Positions 40,564 to 50,655 of a stretch of 64,000 nucleotides of DNA are shown here, in pieces. Position 1 is the first letter of the stretch. Every line of letters begins with the position of its first letter. The translations under genes were made by a program, and so were the position numbers. The DNA comes from Myxococcota bacterium (lineage in GTDB: Bacteria > Myxococcota_A > Bradymonadia > UBA7976 > UBA1532), in NCBI GenBank assembly GCA_036337435.1, contig JAYZEG010000062.1:64001-128000 (forward strand). The letters are read 5' to 3'. The notes under the pieces were generated by a model. That model was not told the DNA's origin. It ran no database searches and saw nothing but the letters and a program-made list of their open reading frames with translations.

Positions 40564-43500
40564 TTAAAGCGTGTAGAAAATATTGAGGTGAACGCGGAGG
40601 TTTTGATCACTGAATTGAGTCCGATTGAGTGGATAGGCTAAATCGAGCCTCAGTGGAATTTGTCCGCTTACGAGCCATCTCAATCCGCCACCGACACTGG
40701 ACCGAACCCGATCGGTGGACATCTCGGACCAAGACGGGGCGATCGCTCCAATGTCTGTAAAAGTTGCAAACCATAAGTCATCGATCACAAAGGTTGGGAA
40801 GCGGAGTTCAAGACCACCCAAGAACATTGAGCGTCCCCCAATGGTTGATGCAACTGCAAATGAGTCTTCTGCCGATAGACCCGGTGGATAGACATCTTCG
40901 CAATAATTACCTCGCCCATTGGTCTCTAAGCCGTTACACGCATCGACCGCCGCATCTTCATAGCCCCTGATCGGCAGCGCAACCCCATCGCCGCCGGCCT
41001 TGAAGAAGAAATCAGATTGCAAGTCACTCTCTTTTAAGTCGGTCCAGACCGCACCGACTCTGAGATTAGGCACGATAATGAATTGCCGTTTGAAAAACGA
41101 TTTGATGTACTGGCCGGTCAGCGTGGCTTTGATGGGCAGTTCATTGAGCTCCGTTAACTCTGGAAAAACAAATTCTGCTTGAGCTGATACCAGCCAACCA
41201 AGCGTTGGATGTAAGGGACTATCGCGTCGATCCCAGGACAATGAGGGCGAGAGAGTGACTTGTTTGGTCGGTTCTTCGAAAAGGGGTCGTTCGCCTGCCC
41301 GAGTCAGGGGTCTGAGTCGTTCCTGGACGAACTCGGTTTTCAAGGTTGCTCTCAATCCACGACCCCACCGTGCTGGGTACGATAGATTGTAGAAATCAAA
41401 ACCAATGGTCGCTTTTGCATTTAACTCTTCTTGATAGGCATCGCGTTGACTCGTTCGGCCTCGTTCGAACAAAGTCTCAATTGCAAGGTCGAGTCGAGTT
41501 CCAAACAGCCTTCGATTCTTAAAGAATGGACCGGTCCTCCACACGGAATCATCGTTTTGTACATCAGTGGCCGCATCGATTCGGTTACTGTGGGAAAATC
41601 CAAGACCAACTTCGAGCGCGCGACCCAAAAAATTACGGTGTCTAATGGTGGTGCCAACTGCGTAGAGAACGGGGAGTTCTTCTTCAAGTGGTGTCGAATC
41701 GATTTGCAGGCCCAGATACGCTTCCAGCAACTTTGACCGTGATTCTTCAACCGTGACCACCACAGTGGCATCTCGATCTTTAATTAATCCTTCGTTCGTA
41801 GCCACCCAATCTTCAGATTGTCGCCCAATGTATTCGATGTTGACAGCGGAGAAAACGCCCAGTGAGCGCAGGTTTGCTTGACTTAGAAATAGACCATCAC
41901 TGCCAAGGGGTTGGCCCGGCTTGAGAAGCAATTCGTCACGGAGGATTGAATCTTTTGTTGAGAGATTCCCCCTCAATAAAATGCCCGATACAAGGGTTTG
42001 AGGGCCCGGATCAATTTCGAAGAAAACGCGTTTTAACCGCATTCCGTATAGCCGGTCCTCTGAACATGAATCGCCCTTTAAAACCAGTCCAGATGCGAGC
42101 TCACACGCTGAGTCAACTCGGGCACTCAGGTAGCCGTTTTGGTGGTAATATCGGAGGACAAACCCGCGAAGGGCCTTGAGTCTGGCTTGAGTAAATCCAA
42201 GTTGTCGAATCCACCGACCGAATTCATCCATGACCCCCTGTTCTTGAAGCAGGGCTCTTGCCTCAGTCTGCATTTGAGCGTCCATTTGGCCGATGATTTT
42301 TGAGAATTCGATTTTGTCGATCAGGGTTCGCAGGCCTTCATCAACATCGATTTGGATATTCACAAAGCGGGGATCGTCATCGGGAATAATTTGGAAACAA
42401 TTATGAGTCAGTGGGTTGTCGCTCCAAACATCAAACTGACCACTAAACATGGACTCGTCAATGGCTGGACCCTCGCTCGTCTGCTCTTGTTCTCGTAATT
42501 GCCTCAGAACGCTCCATTCCTGCGCACCGACCTTCGGGTTTGCGCACCGAAACTTTAATCCGGGCATTCCATTGCGTTTATAGAGCTCGCGGATTCGGTT
42601 GAGATCATTAATGAGTTTTTCATCCTGAACGATCCCAGCAGACTTTGTCAGTGCATTAACGACGCCATCAGGCGCGATCCCTTTCGTTTCCATTTCCCCC
42701 AAGATGTCTTGTTCAGGGAGTGTCTGATTGCCACGAATTGTGATTCGTCTGGCATAAACTGAAGGGCCTTCATCGATTCTGAATGTGATGATGAAGCGCC
42801 CATCGCCAATCGCCTCTCGAGAGCTCTTAATGGATACGAAGTAACGCGCGGATGCTTGGTACAAACCCTTCATTTTTCGGATACTTTCGATGACCTCTGT
42901 TTCATCGAAAGTTCCTGATTCACTGAAGGTTAGAACCTGCTTTAATTCTCCGTCGGAGAGGGTTTCATTGCCTTCAAATCGGGTCCTTAAATGCTTGCCC
43001 TCGACGATCCGAACTTTCGGATATACGCGACCATTTTTCTCGGCTAGATCCGGTTCTAAACGCACCCTGGCTGACACCCAGCCAGCGCGTCGATAAAGGT
43101 CCTCGACAGCGGTAAGCTCCTCTTTTAGAGTCCGTCTTGCATATCGTCCTACACCGAAAAGACCGAAAAGACCTCGCCAAAAATCGGTCCGTTCACCAGT
43201 TGAAATCTGGTTGATGATTTTCCAGTAGGGCATGCCTTTGGCACCCTTAATGAGAATCTGCCCAATCTTTGGTTGTTCACCTTCCTTGATGCGGACCTCT
43301 ACCCTCACTTTTTTCCCATTGGGACCAGAGTATGAAGGCGTAATCTTGACCTCGGTACCCAAATAACCCTGGCGCCTGTAAAGGTCTAAAACGCGTGTTT
43401 CATACTGTTCGATAAGCGTCTTATCTCGTTGAGCGAATGTTCCATCAGACTTCATCGGTGGGAAACTGCCACCCCTGCGTAAAGGTAATCTTTTTCGAAT

Positions 43501-43935
43501 TTCAGCTACGAATTGCTTTGGATAGAACCAACTGGCCCAGCTTGCGTAGACAACATCAAGGTCTTGGATAATCACGTGTCCGACACAGTCGAACACGATT
43601 CGAGTATAGCGGCCGCCCTTAACGGGCTTCCAACGGATTGTGATGCGCCTGAAGTAACCGGTTCGCATCAAGCGGCTCCATGACTCAGCCACGCCTTTTC
43701 CCGTGATCTTACTGCCTTGTTTCAAATTGATTAAATCGATGAACTTTTGTCGATTTCGATCAGCATTACAAATTGGAATATCGCATCGAAGCTCCACATT
43801 TTGAGCGAGGACCCAGTTTTCCCAGCGTGCTGCTTGCGACCGGATGTCACTCATGGTCAGCGCGTCGTCCGGGCTGGCGGCCAGGGCTGTTATGGCATGC
43901 CCCATCAACAGACCTATGGTCAGACAATATCTCAA
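40564..43935 (-). CDS. Omp85-family outer-membrane protein (TamA/BamA-like) with multiple POTRA domains
   Basis: Signal peptide, POTRA repeats (RFEGNETLSDGEL; IRGNQTL; LRGNLSTKDSILRDEL), WDRRDSPLHPTLG, IRGY, GLELRFP, GGGLRW, PLRLDLAY. Confidence 0.88.
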   Translation of the reverse strand: MRYCLTIGLLMGHAITALAASPDDALTMSDIRSQAARWENWVLAQNVELRCDIPICNADRNRQKFIDLINLKQGSKITGKGVAESWSRLMRTGYFRRITIRWKPVKGGRYTRIVFDCVGHVIIQDLDVVYASWASWFYPKQFVAEIRKRLPLRRGGSFPPMKSDGTFAQRDKTLIEQYETRVLDLYRRQGYLGTEVKITPSYSGPNGKKVRVEVRIKEGEQPKIGQILIKGAKGMPYWKIINQISTGERTDFWRGLFGLFGVGRYARRTLKEELTAVEDLYRRAGWVSARVRLEPDLAEKNGRVYPKVRIVEGKHLRTRFEGNETLSDGELKQVLTFSESGTFDETEVIESIRKMKGLYQASARYFVSIKSSREAIGDGRFIITFRIDEGPSVYARRITIRGNQTLPEQDILGEMETKGIAPDGVVNALTKSAGIVQDEKLINDLNRIRELYKRNGMPGLKFRCANPKVGAQEWSVLRQLREQEQTSEGPAIDESMFSGQFDVWSDNPLTHNCFQIIPDDDPRFVNIQIDVDEGLRTLIDKIEFSKIIGQMDAQMQTEARALLQEQGVMDEFGRWIRQLGFTQARLKALRGFVLRYYHQNGYLSARVDSACELASGLVLKGDSCSEDRLYGMRLKRVFFEIDPGPQTLVSGILLRGNLSTKDSILRDELLLKPGQPLGSDGLFLSQANLRSLGVFSAVNIEYIGRQSEDWVATNEGLIKDRDATVVVTVEESRSKLLEAYLGLQIDSTPLEEELPVLYAVGTTIRHRNFLGRALEVGLGFSHSNRIDAATDVQNDDSVWRTGPFFKNRRLFGTRLDLAIETLFERGRTSQRDAYQEELNAKATIGFDFYNLSYPARWGRGLRATLKTEFVQERLRPLTRAGERPLFEEPTKQVTLSPSLSWDRRDSPLHPTLGWLVSAQAEFVFPELTELNELPIKATLTGQYIKSFFKRQFIIVPNLRVGAVWTDLKESDLQSDFFFKAGGDGVALPIRGYEDAAVDACNGLETNGRGNYCEDVYPPGLSAEDSFAVASTIGGRSMFLGGLELRFPTFVIDDLWFATFTDIGAIAPSWSEMSTDRVRSSVGGGLRWLVSGQIPLRLDLAYPLNRTQFSDQNLRVHLNIFYTL

Positions 43936-46900
43936 TTCAAATTAACCCTTAATTTGAGTCGACCTGTCGTCGAGATATTACTGCCAAGTCGTTCATTGGA
44001 GAGCTCGCCAAATGCCACATTATTGATTTGATATCGCAACCCAAATTGTTGTGGATTCCCGTCTTGTTCTTCGCCTACGAGAACACGTGAATAGAGGTAT
44101 AGCCGTCTGGAAAGCACCTTGTTTGCATCGATATATAGCGTGCCGGTTGACAGCGGAGTGAGGGTTAAGTCGACTTTAAAAGTGTCTTCCAGTGGCCGTT
44201 CGACCAGACTCAGCAGTGGTGCTAAAACCACTTCCGTTGCTGGTTGTGCGCCAGCCGCACCGCTGAGATTTTCTGGATAACTGCCCGTGAGTACCAGCAT
44301 GACTACTTCGAACTTACTTGCACCGCTATTACTCGATAGGTCAAAGGCAAAACTGGGTGGCGATTCACGGGTTGGAAAGGCCAAACGAGCTGATAAGACG
44401 ACTTCTTCAAGTCTGATGTCTCCCGAACCTGAATCGAAGCTGGTTGATGCTGTTGAGACACTTTGACCAGTTCTGAGCGTGAACGTCCGATTCGCTTCAA
44501 TTTGTGCATCGAGGAAATTACGGCCACCAAAATTGACCACTCCATTTGAGACATCAAATTCACGCCTCGCGTAGGTAATGGTTGAATCCGGTAACACGCT
44601 GATCGTACCCAAGATGGCCAATCGTTCATCGGCTGTATCGTGCGGCATGTTGTACAAAAAACCTTTAATTTCTTCTAAATCTAAACCGATTTCGAGATTG
44701 TTAGTCAGGGTCAGAACTCGGTTCCGGATGTAGAATCCCCCTTCACCGACAACGCTTAAGTCGAGCATCAGTCTTTTTAAGGACGGAATGCGTTCAAAAA
44801 CACTCACGGTCCGAGTTTGTGTCCGACCACTGAGGCGGTTTCTAAACCCCTGGTTGAGTTCTGCAACGCCAGTTAAATCTGCCAGGTATTCGCCTTGAAT
44901 CACGTCGATCTCTCCAGAGACCTTCATTCGCCGCTCATCCCGTCTGTCGTCGAACTCCTTTATCCAAGATTCGTAAACAAGGTTGGGTGTATCAAAAGTG
45001 CCCCGAACCACCCGCGGCACATTGAGTCCGATTTCACTGCCTGAAAGGCCAACTCGGATACGGTCAAGAGTAAACCCCTTTGTCGTCACAAGGACGTCAT
45101 TAATACGAATGACTGAATCGTCTCGCATGAGACGCATTTCGCCCGCAGTCTCGGGGGCGTTTGTCCCTTTTATGAGGCTGATTTTCAAATCTCCGGCACC
45201 GTTTACTTCATCGGATGTAGAGTCAGTTCGATGTGCCTCGATGGCAAACCGTGCAGGCGCAAGCAGATCGAGTTGTGAACCGATGATGGCGGCTCGCGGC
45301 ACAAATTCACCTTGGGTCACGACCAGTTTCAAATCCGGTTCTGGTGCTTGGATAAACCCTTTTAAAGACCCATCCAGGTTCAGTTCGCCACTCGCTTCGC
45401 TAAACACACTGTTTAAGAAGGGCATTGCGAGACCGAGGTTGATCTTGCCCCTGGTGGTCATCTCTAATCGGCCGTCAGAATAAACATCTCCGTCGAGCCG
45501 AATTGTAGATTCATACTGGTCATTTTTCTGATCAAAGCCTTCGAGATTTAATATCCTGAGTCGCAGTGCCAATTGCTGAGTGTTTAGCTTTGTTCCATCC
45601 CATTTGAATTGCACTGGATTGGTGAGGTCAGCAGAGTAGCTGACTGCGTCTTCGAAAGCATATTTTGTCTGCAGTTGCTTTAGGTTTGCAGTTGCTTCTA
45701 GGAGGGCTGGTTTGAACGGGTCAAATTTAAGTTCGATGCGACCGGTCATTTTAGATTTTAGTGCACTCTCCGACAGTTGTGGCAAATGGTCTTCGACACC
45801 AAAACCATCAAATTCGATAAGCGCGCTACCCGGGCCTGATCGTTTGACCAGTGGTGTAGATGCACTGATGCGTAGGTCATCCAAGATTTGACCGGTCAAT
45901 TGCATTTGTTTTTTATCGGCCCGGATTTCAAATTCTGTTCGGCCCAACTTGTAATCTCCATATTCGCCTTCGACAATGCTCAATTGGCCTTGTCCCGACG
46001 GGGTCTTCAAGTTGCCCGATAGGGTCACATCGGCCACGAGACGACCAGCGATTGGTAGTGGCTCTTTGACGAAATGATTGATCCAGTCCAAAGGGACTCC
46101 ATTGATCTTCAGCTGGCCAGAGAAATTCAATCGCTTGATATGTCCATTTCCGCTGAGATCGACCAAAGTTTTACGGCGGTCCTCGATTTTCAAAGTCTCT
46201 ATTTTGACTTTCTCTCCGGACCAATCACCCACGACTTCGACCCGCCGGAAGCAGAGTGGTTTATCGCCATACGGCGTTTTCCAGCATGGTCGTGCGATCC
46301 GGCCTCGCCCGGTGACGCGGGGATTGCTCAGGGGTCCGCGAAGTCGCACATCGACGGCTGTTCGTCCTGAGAAACGATCGATGAACGGTAATGATGCCAA
46401 TTCAAATTGTCTTGCGTTCAGACGAAAGTCCATTGGTTTTCCGGGCTTAGACAAGGACAGACGGCCTTTGAAGCCAATGGATCCATTGTCGGATTTCAAG
46501 GACACTTGGTCGAAATCCAATAAGCCGGCCTGGTAGGCGACTTTGCCCTTGATGGCTGACTTCGGCAGCTCGCCATAACGCACCCGTGTGGCGTTGATAT
46601 CAGCGTGAAACCGTGGATTTAAGGCGAACCCTTTGACGCCGAAGTCGATACGGGCCCGTCCCTTGGTCGGATATCCAAACGAGGCCGTCAGTGGGCTGAG
46701 TTTGCCAATCACGGCTTGACCCTGAATGTTGATGAGAAAGGTATCCAAATCAAATTTGCCTTTTAGACCCAATCTTTTGGTTCTGTCCGAGAGCTTGAAA
46801 GACTGAATATCGAATGTGTTGTCTTGCAATTCTAGATAACCATCGACGGCTAAATTTCGGCCAAGGCCGAATGGTCGATTTTTAGCCGACAGTGTTTCGA

Positions 46901-48242
46901 GCTGAGTCTTAATGGAGAACAACGGAGTATCGCCGATAAGATGTCTCGCCTCAGCAAAGATATGGCCTGTTAATCGACCCCCGAGACTGGCCCCTACGTT
47001 CGTGGGCATAGACACAGGCAACGCGTCGAGTGGGACGTCGTCCATGAATACACTGAGGTGTGCGTAGTCGTCGTCTGTACGCCACTCTCCGTGCGCAATC
47101 ATTCGCCCTTTTTCAAGGTCTGCATCCACGTAGTTGACCTTCATAGCGTCGTTCTTCGTTTTCTCGATTTGTGCCTGAAGGCTTTGAATCTTCACGCCCT
47201 GACAGTTCAAGTCCGTGCCGCCGATTTGGATAATTCCGTCTAAGTCATCTGCTTCTCCTGAGACCTGTGCATCAATGGTCGCTGGACCTGAGATGGGCGA
47301 CTCAACAAATGTATTTATGTGTTTGTCGATCTGGTCTGTATCGAGCCGAAGTCGCGTATTTAGATAGGGCACCTCTGGCCTGTCTAACTCCATTTTGAAG
47401 CCTTCGAGGAAGAATGGGTCGCCTCGCAATAGGCCCCGTAACTTGCTGAAATTAAAATCCTCATCATTCCAGTTGAAGTCGTCGATTTTCACCTGTCGGA
47501 GAGACCAAGACCAAACATCTTCAGGATCCGCATACAGCGGTTTTTTCAGTGCAGTATCTTTTGCGACTCGCACTTGAATACTGCCGACTTTGAGGCCTTC
47601 AATTTCGATGGCCATCAAGCTGTCCGTCGCGGTTGAGTAACTTCGAAAACGCCCGGCTGGAATTTGAATACCATGAGCAATGATTGACGTGCTTGGATGG
47701 TCGAGAATAAAGATGGCATTCCGAATTTTGATGCGCGTCAGGTCGAGGTCCAATGGTTTTGAATCACCGGTGTCGATTTGTGTACCGATAGACCAAAACA
47801 TTTCGGCGATGTTCATCACTCGATCATCTTTTGGATCAGAACCAGATTCCGAACGAACGAGACTGACTAGGCGTGTGACCGGTGCATCGATATGGACACC
47901 TTGTGCTGACAAACGGTTGTCGAAAAGGCCAAGAATATCGAGCTCTCGAATCGTCAAGCTCTTGGCTTCGATGACGGTTCGCCCGGTTGAATCAACCAGC
48001 ACCGGCTCTAAGAGCTTGAGGTCAGAAGGCCATGGCCCCCAAGCCAGTCGAGTCCAGGCCACTTGGCCCCTGATCTTTGAATTAACCAGTACGTCAAATG
48101 CTTGGTTTGTAAACCGCGAATTGAGTGCGAAATAGCCGAGAAAATACACCAGACAGACAAATGCGCCGGCGAGTATCACAAAAGCGCTCACCCGCTGATA
48201 CATGCTTACGCTCTTACGAACGAGTGTCTGTACGGTGTCCAT
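43932..48242 (-). CDS. AsmA-like/TamB-family translocation and assembly module protein
   Basis: N-terminal TM anchor, long beta-rich repeats (LRGPLSNPRVTGRG; LSGNLKTPSGQG). Overlaps the Omp85 gene by 4 nt. Confidence 0.82.
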   Translation of the reverse strand: MDTVQTLVRKSVSMYQRVSAFVILAGAFVCLVYFLGYFALNSRFTNQAFDVLVNSKIRGQVAWTRLAWGPWPSDLKLLEPVLVDSTGRTVIEAKSLTIRELDILGLFDNRLSAQGVHIDAPVTRLVSLVRSESGSDPKDDRVMNIAEMFWSIGTQIDTGDSKPLDLDLTRIKIRNAIFILDHPSTSIIAHGIQIPAGRFRSYSTATDSLMAIEIEGLKVGSIQVRVAKDTALKKPLYADPEDVWSWSLRQVKIDDFNWNDEDFNFSKLRGLLRGDPFFLEGFKMELDRPEVPYLNTRLRLDTDQIDKHINTFVESPISGPATIDAQVSGEADDLDGIIQIGGTDLNCQGVKIQSLQAQIEKTKNDAMKVNYVDADLEKGRMIAHGEWRTDDDYAHLSVFMDDVPLDALPVSMPTNVGASLGGRLTGHIFAEARHLIGDTPLFSIKTQLETLSAKNRPFGLGRNLAVDGYLELQDNTFDIQSFKLSDRTKRLGLKGKFDLDTFLINIQGQAVIGKLSPLTASFGYPTKGRARIDFGVKGFALNPRFHADINATRVRYGELPKSAIKGKVAYQAGLLDFDQVSLKSDNGSIGFKGRLSLSKPGKPMDFRLNARQFELASLPFIDRFSGRTAVDVRLRGPLSNPRVTGRGRIARPCWKTPYGDKPLCFRRVEVVGDWSGEKVKIETLKIEDRRKTLVDLSGNGHIKRLNFSGQLKINGVPLDWINHFVKEPLPIAGRLVADVTLSGNLKTPSGQGQLSIVEGEYGDYKLGRTEFEIRADKKQMQLTGQILDDLRISASTPLVKRSGPGSALIEFDGFGVEDHLPQLSESALKSKMTGRIELKFDPFKPALLEATANLKQLQTKYAFEDAVSYSADLTNPVQFKWDGTKLNTQQLALRLRILNLEGFDQKNDQYESTIRLDGDVYSDGRLEMTTRGKINLGLAMPFLNSVFSEASGELNLDGSLKGFIQAPEPDLKLVVTQGEFVPRAAIIGSQLDLLAPARFAIEAHRTDSTSDEVNGAGDLKISLIKGTNAPETAGEMRLMRDDSVIRINDVLVTTKGFTLDRIRVGLSGSEIGLNVPRVVRGTFDTPNLVYESWIKEFDDRRDERRMKVSGEIDVIQGEYLADLTGVAELNQGFRNRLSGRTQTRTVSVFERIPSLKRLMLDLSVVGEGGFYIRNRVLTLTNNLEIGLDLEEIKGFLYNMPHDTADERLAILGTISVLPDSTITYARREFDVSNGVVNFGGRNFLDAQIEANRTFTLRTGQSVSTASTSFDSGSGDIRLEEVVLSARLAFPTRESPPSFAFDLSSNSGASKFEVVMLVLTGSYPENLSGAAGAQPATEVVLAPLLSLVERPLEDTFKVDLTLTPLSTGTLYIDANKVLSRRLYLYSRVLVGEEQDGNPQQFGLRYQINNVAFGELSNERLGSNISTTGRLKLRVNLN

Positions 48243-48276
48243 CCGGGCAGCTTATCAGGGAATCCTAGTTTACGCG

Positions 48277-48302
48277 AAAAGCCCTATCACTATGTGATAG
48301 GG
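48277..48302 (-). terminator. Perfect 9-bp inverted repeat after dapB (terminator or operator)
   Basis: CCCTATCAC-TAT-GTGATAGGG (48282-48302), followed on the minus strand by CTTTT. Confidence 0.5.
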
Positions 48303-48342
48303 GGTCTCGGGATGAGGGTCTAGATGGGCCGTCCTCGCTGGA

Positions 48343-49104
48343 TCAGGTGCCCCGAAAAATCGACGTCTCATCCGACGAGTCGACTAAATGTTTCATGCCA
48401 TAGAGGCCTGGTTGTTGATCCTTTAGCCAGATGGCAGCCCGAATCGCCCCCAGGGCAAAGATATCTCGATTGGCAGCGCGATGTGTGAGCTCTAATCGCT
48501 CTGATTCGCCAAACAGAAATACTGTATGCTCACCCGGGACAGCGCCGCCCCTTAAGGCGGCTGTTCCGACCTCGTTTTCACTCCGAGGTCCCGTGATTCC
48601 ATCTCGGTTTCGCCGAGCGTCTGGCCAATCCAAACCACGGCTTTCAGCAGCGGTTTTTCCAAGCAATAGCGCGGTTCCACTTGGTGCATCAGCTTTCATT
48701 CGGTGATGAATTTCAAAAATTTCAGCATCAAATTCACGACCAAGACTTCGGACGGCTGCCTCCACGAGTTTGTTCAATACGGCAACACCAATACTGAAAT
48801 TGGCCGCTGAGAAAATGGGTTGGATTTCTGATGCTTCAGCGATGTCTTCGAGTTGCTTTTTGGATCGGCCTGTTACCCCTGTCACAAGGGGTATAGAATT
48901 CTTGCCTACAAGCTCTAAGACTGCATCGGTGGCTTTTGCGACGCTAAAGTCGACGATGACATCGCAGGTGCTCAAGTCGCCGGTTATTTCCGATTCATCG
49001 ATGGTGCAGACGACGCGGACATCATGTCGCTCTGCAGCACATTTAATGACACGCCGACCCATACGTCCACCGGCACCATAAACGGCGATTTTACAAACAC
49101 TCAT
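48343..49104 (-). CDS. dapB: 4-hydroxy-tetrahydrodipicolinate reductase
   Basis: GAGGRMG, ANFSIGV, EIHHRMKADAPSGTA, HRAANRDIFALGA. Confidence 0.95.
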   Translation of the reverse strand: MSVCKIAVYGAGGRMGRRVIKCAAERHDVRVVCTIDESEITGDLSTCDVIVDFSVAKATDAVLELVGKNSIPLVTGVTGRSKKQLEDIAEASEIQPIFSAANFSIGVAVLNKLVEAAVRSLGREFDAEIFEIHHRMKADAPSGTALLLGKTAAESRGLDWPDARRNRDGITGPRSENEVGTAALRGGAVPGEHTVFLFGESERLELTHRAANRDIFALGAIRAAIWLKDQQPGLYGMKHLVDSSDETSIFRGT

Positions 49105-49991
49105 GGCGATTCAGGCCCAATTTCGAGTCGCTGGCAAATCCCATCTAAAATCGATTCTGACTCGGCAGAAAGTGGGGTCATCGGAAGACGTAAGTCTCGG
49201 GTGCAGCAGCCCAGATGCTTGGCCACTAAGGTCTTGATTGGAATGGGGTTTGATTCGATGAAGAGACCGTCGAAGAGTGGCAACAAAGCGTGATGATTGC
49301 GGCGGGCTGCATCACCTTCTCCTCGCTGATATTGTCGCCATATTTCAACCATTCGGTCAGGCACGAGATTACTCGTAACGGACACGACGCCGTTCCCTCC
49401 AATACTCCACAATGGCAGGGCTGTGATGTCGTCGCCGGACAGCACATTGAGATCACTGCCACATGCAGAGAGAATTCGCGCTGCGAATGCCATATCCCCT
49501 GTTGCTTCCTTGAGCGCCACGATATTTGGGATGCGCGCCAATTCTCTTATGGAGTCAACACTCAAACTAACACCCGTTCGACCGGGTACGTTGTAGAGCA
49601 TGATTGGTGCGTCCGGAATCGCATCACTGACGGCTTTGAAGTGATGAATCAGCCCGCGTTGAGTGGGCTTGTTATAGTAAGGCGTGATCACCAGGAGTCC
49701 GTCTGCTCCAAGTTTGCTGGCACGCGCGCCGAGCCGGATTGTCTTCGCCGTGTCATTGGATCCAATCCCTGCGACAACGTTAACTCGTCCGTTCGCAAAC
49801 TCGATGGTCTTTGCAATGACAGCAGCGGTCTCGTCTTCCCCGAGCGTCGCTGATTCGCCTGTTGTGCCACATGGAATAATGCCATCGACGCCCGCAGAAA
49901 TTTGCCGCTCTATCAGCTCATTGAGTGCCTCGAAATCAACTGAATCATTTCGAAAAGGCGTGATGAGAGCGGTATAGACCCCTTGAAACAT
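49101..49991 (-). CDS. dapA: 4-hydroxy-tetrahydrodipicolinate synthase
   Basis: GTTGES, TPYYNKP, YNVPGRTG, Schiff-base Lys in ALKEA, ESNPIPIK. Confidence 0.96.
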   Translation of the reverse strand: MFQGVYTALITPFRNDSVDFEALNELIERQISAGVDGIIPCGTTGESATLGEDETAAVIAKTIEFANGRVNVVAGIGSNDTAKTIRLGARASKLGADGLLVITPYYNKPTQRGLIHHFKAVSDAIPDAPIMLYNVPGRTGVSLSVDSIRELARIPNIVALKEATGDMAFAARILSACGSDLNVLSGDDITALPLWSIGGNGVVSVTSNLVPDRMVEIWRQYQRGEGDAARRNHHALLPLFDGLFIESNPIPIKTLVAKHLGCCTRDLRLPMTPLSAESESILDGICQRLEIGPESP

Positions 49992-50248
49992 TTCGAAACC
50001 CTTTCAATTAGAGCAGAATGCGCGCATCGCTTTTGCACATTCAACGGCAAATGTTCTTCCCCATGTCGCAAAAGCTGGCAGACATTTTCCATTCGGGATC
50101 GCGGAATACCCGAAAACAGGGATCAGATGCAATGAACACAAGAGCAAAAGACAAAAAAATTATGTCGAGTAATGATTGTAAGCTGTCAGAATTGTTAAAT
50201 GAACTGGGCTCTCGATGGGTGTCTTGGGTTTTGTCTTAAAGCTGATGA

Positions 50249-50277
50249 TTGACAAACACAGATCGAGCCTGTAGTTT
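50249..50277 (+). promoter_or_regulatory. Sigma70-type promoter
   Basis: TTGACA (50249-50254), a 17-nt spacer, then TAGTTT (50272-50277). Confidence 0.6.
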
Positions 50278-50311
50278 CCGCCCGCTCGACTCTTCACTCG
50301 ACGGAGGTTTC

Positions 50312-50416
50312 ATGTCGATTTTGATGACTTTAAGCCTGACGGCAATCGCCGGAATCTTGGCAACAGCGGCTATGTGCAAGCTCGTTCTCGAGATTATGCC
50401 AAAGATCGACGCATAA
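50312..50416 (+). CDS. Putative 34-aa single-TM small protein
   Basis: GGAGG RBS at 50303-50307. Translation MSILMTLSLTAIAGILATAAMCKLVLEIMPKIDA. It lies below the ORF-track size cutoff. Confidence 0.6.
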   Translation: MSILMTLSLTAIAGILATAAMCKLVLEIMPKIDA

Positions 50417-50655
50417 ACGCGCCTGGTCTCCCATCCTAATTTTTATTCTGCTCTGCGACCAGATCGCCATTCGTCGCGTCGACTGTAACGAAACCGAGTG
50501 CGATTGATCTAAGCTGGACGAGAAACCTATCTCTCCTGTAGGCTATACGATAGCGATCAAGCCTCGATAAGTTTTACGCCGCGTGAGCCTGGTGTACCCT
50601 GATTGGGAACACCATGCTGTGTCGACTTTGGTCAATTGAGTTACAAGGAGCAGTT

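Noticed and set aside
48282..48302. Resemblance to a tet operator (CCCTATCA...TGATAGGG)
   Set aside because: The spacer differs from tetO and no TetR gene is nearby. Its position after dapB with a T-tract fits a terminator better.
49992..50248. Lysine riboswitch upstream of dapA
   Set aside because: No recognisable L-box conserved elements on the minus strand. An Rfam scan would be needed to exclude it fully.
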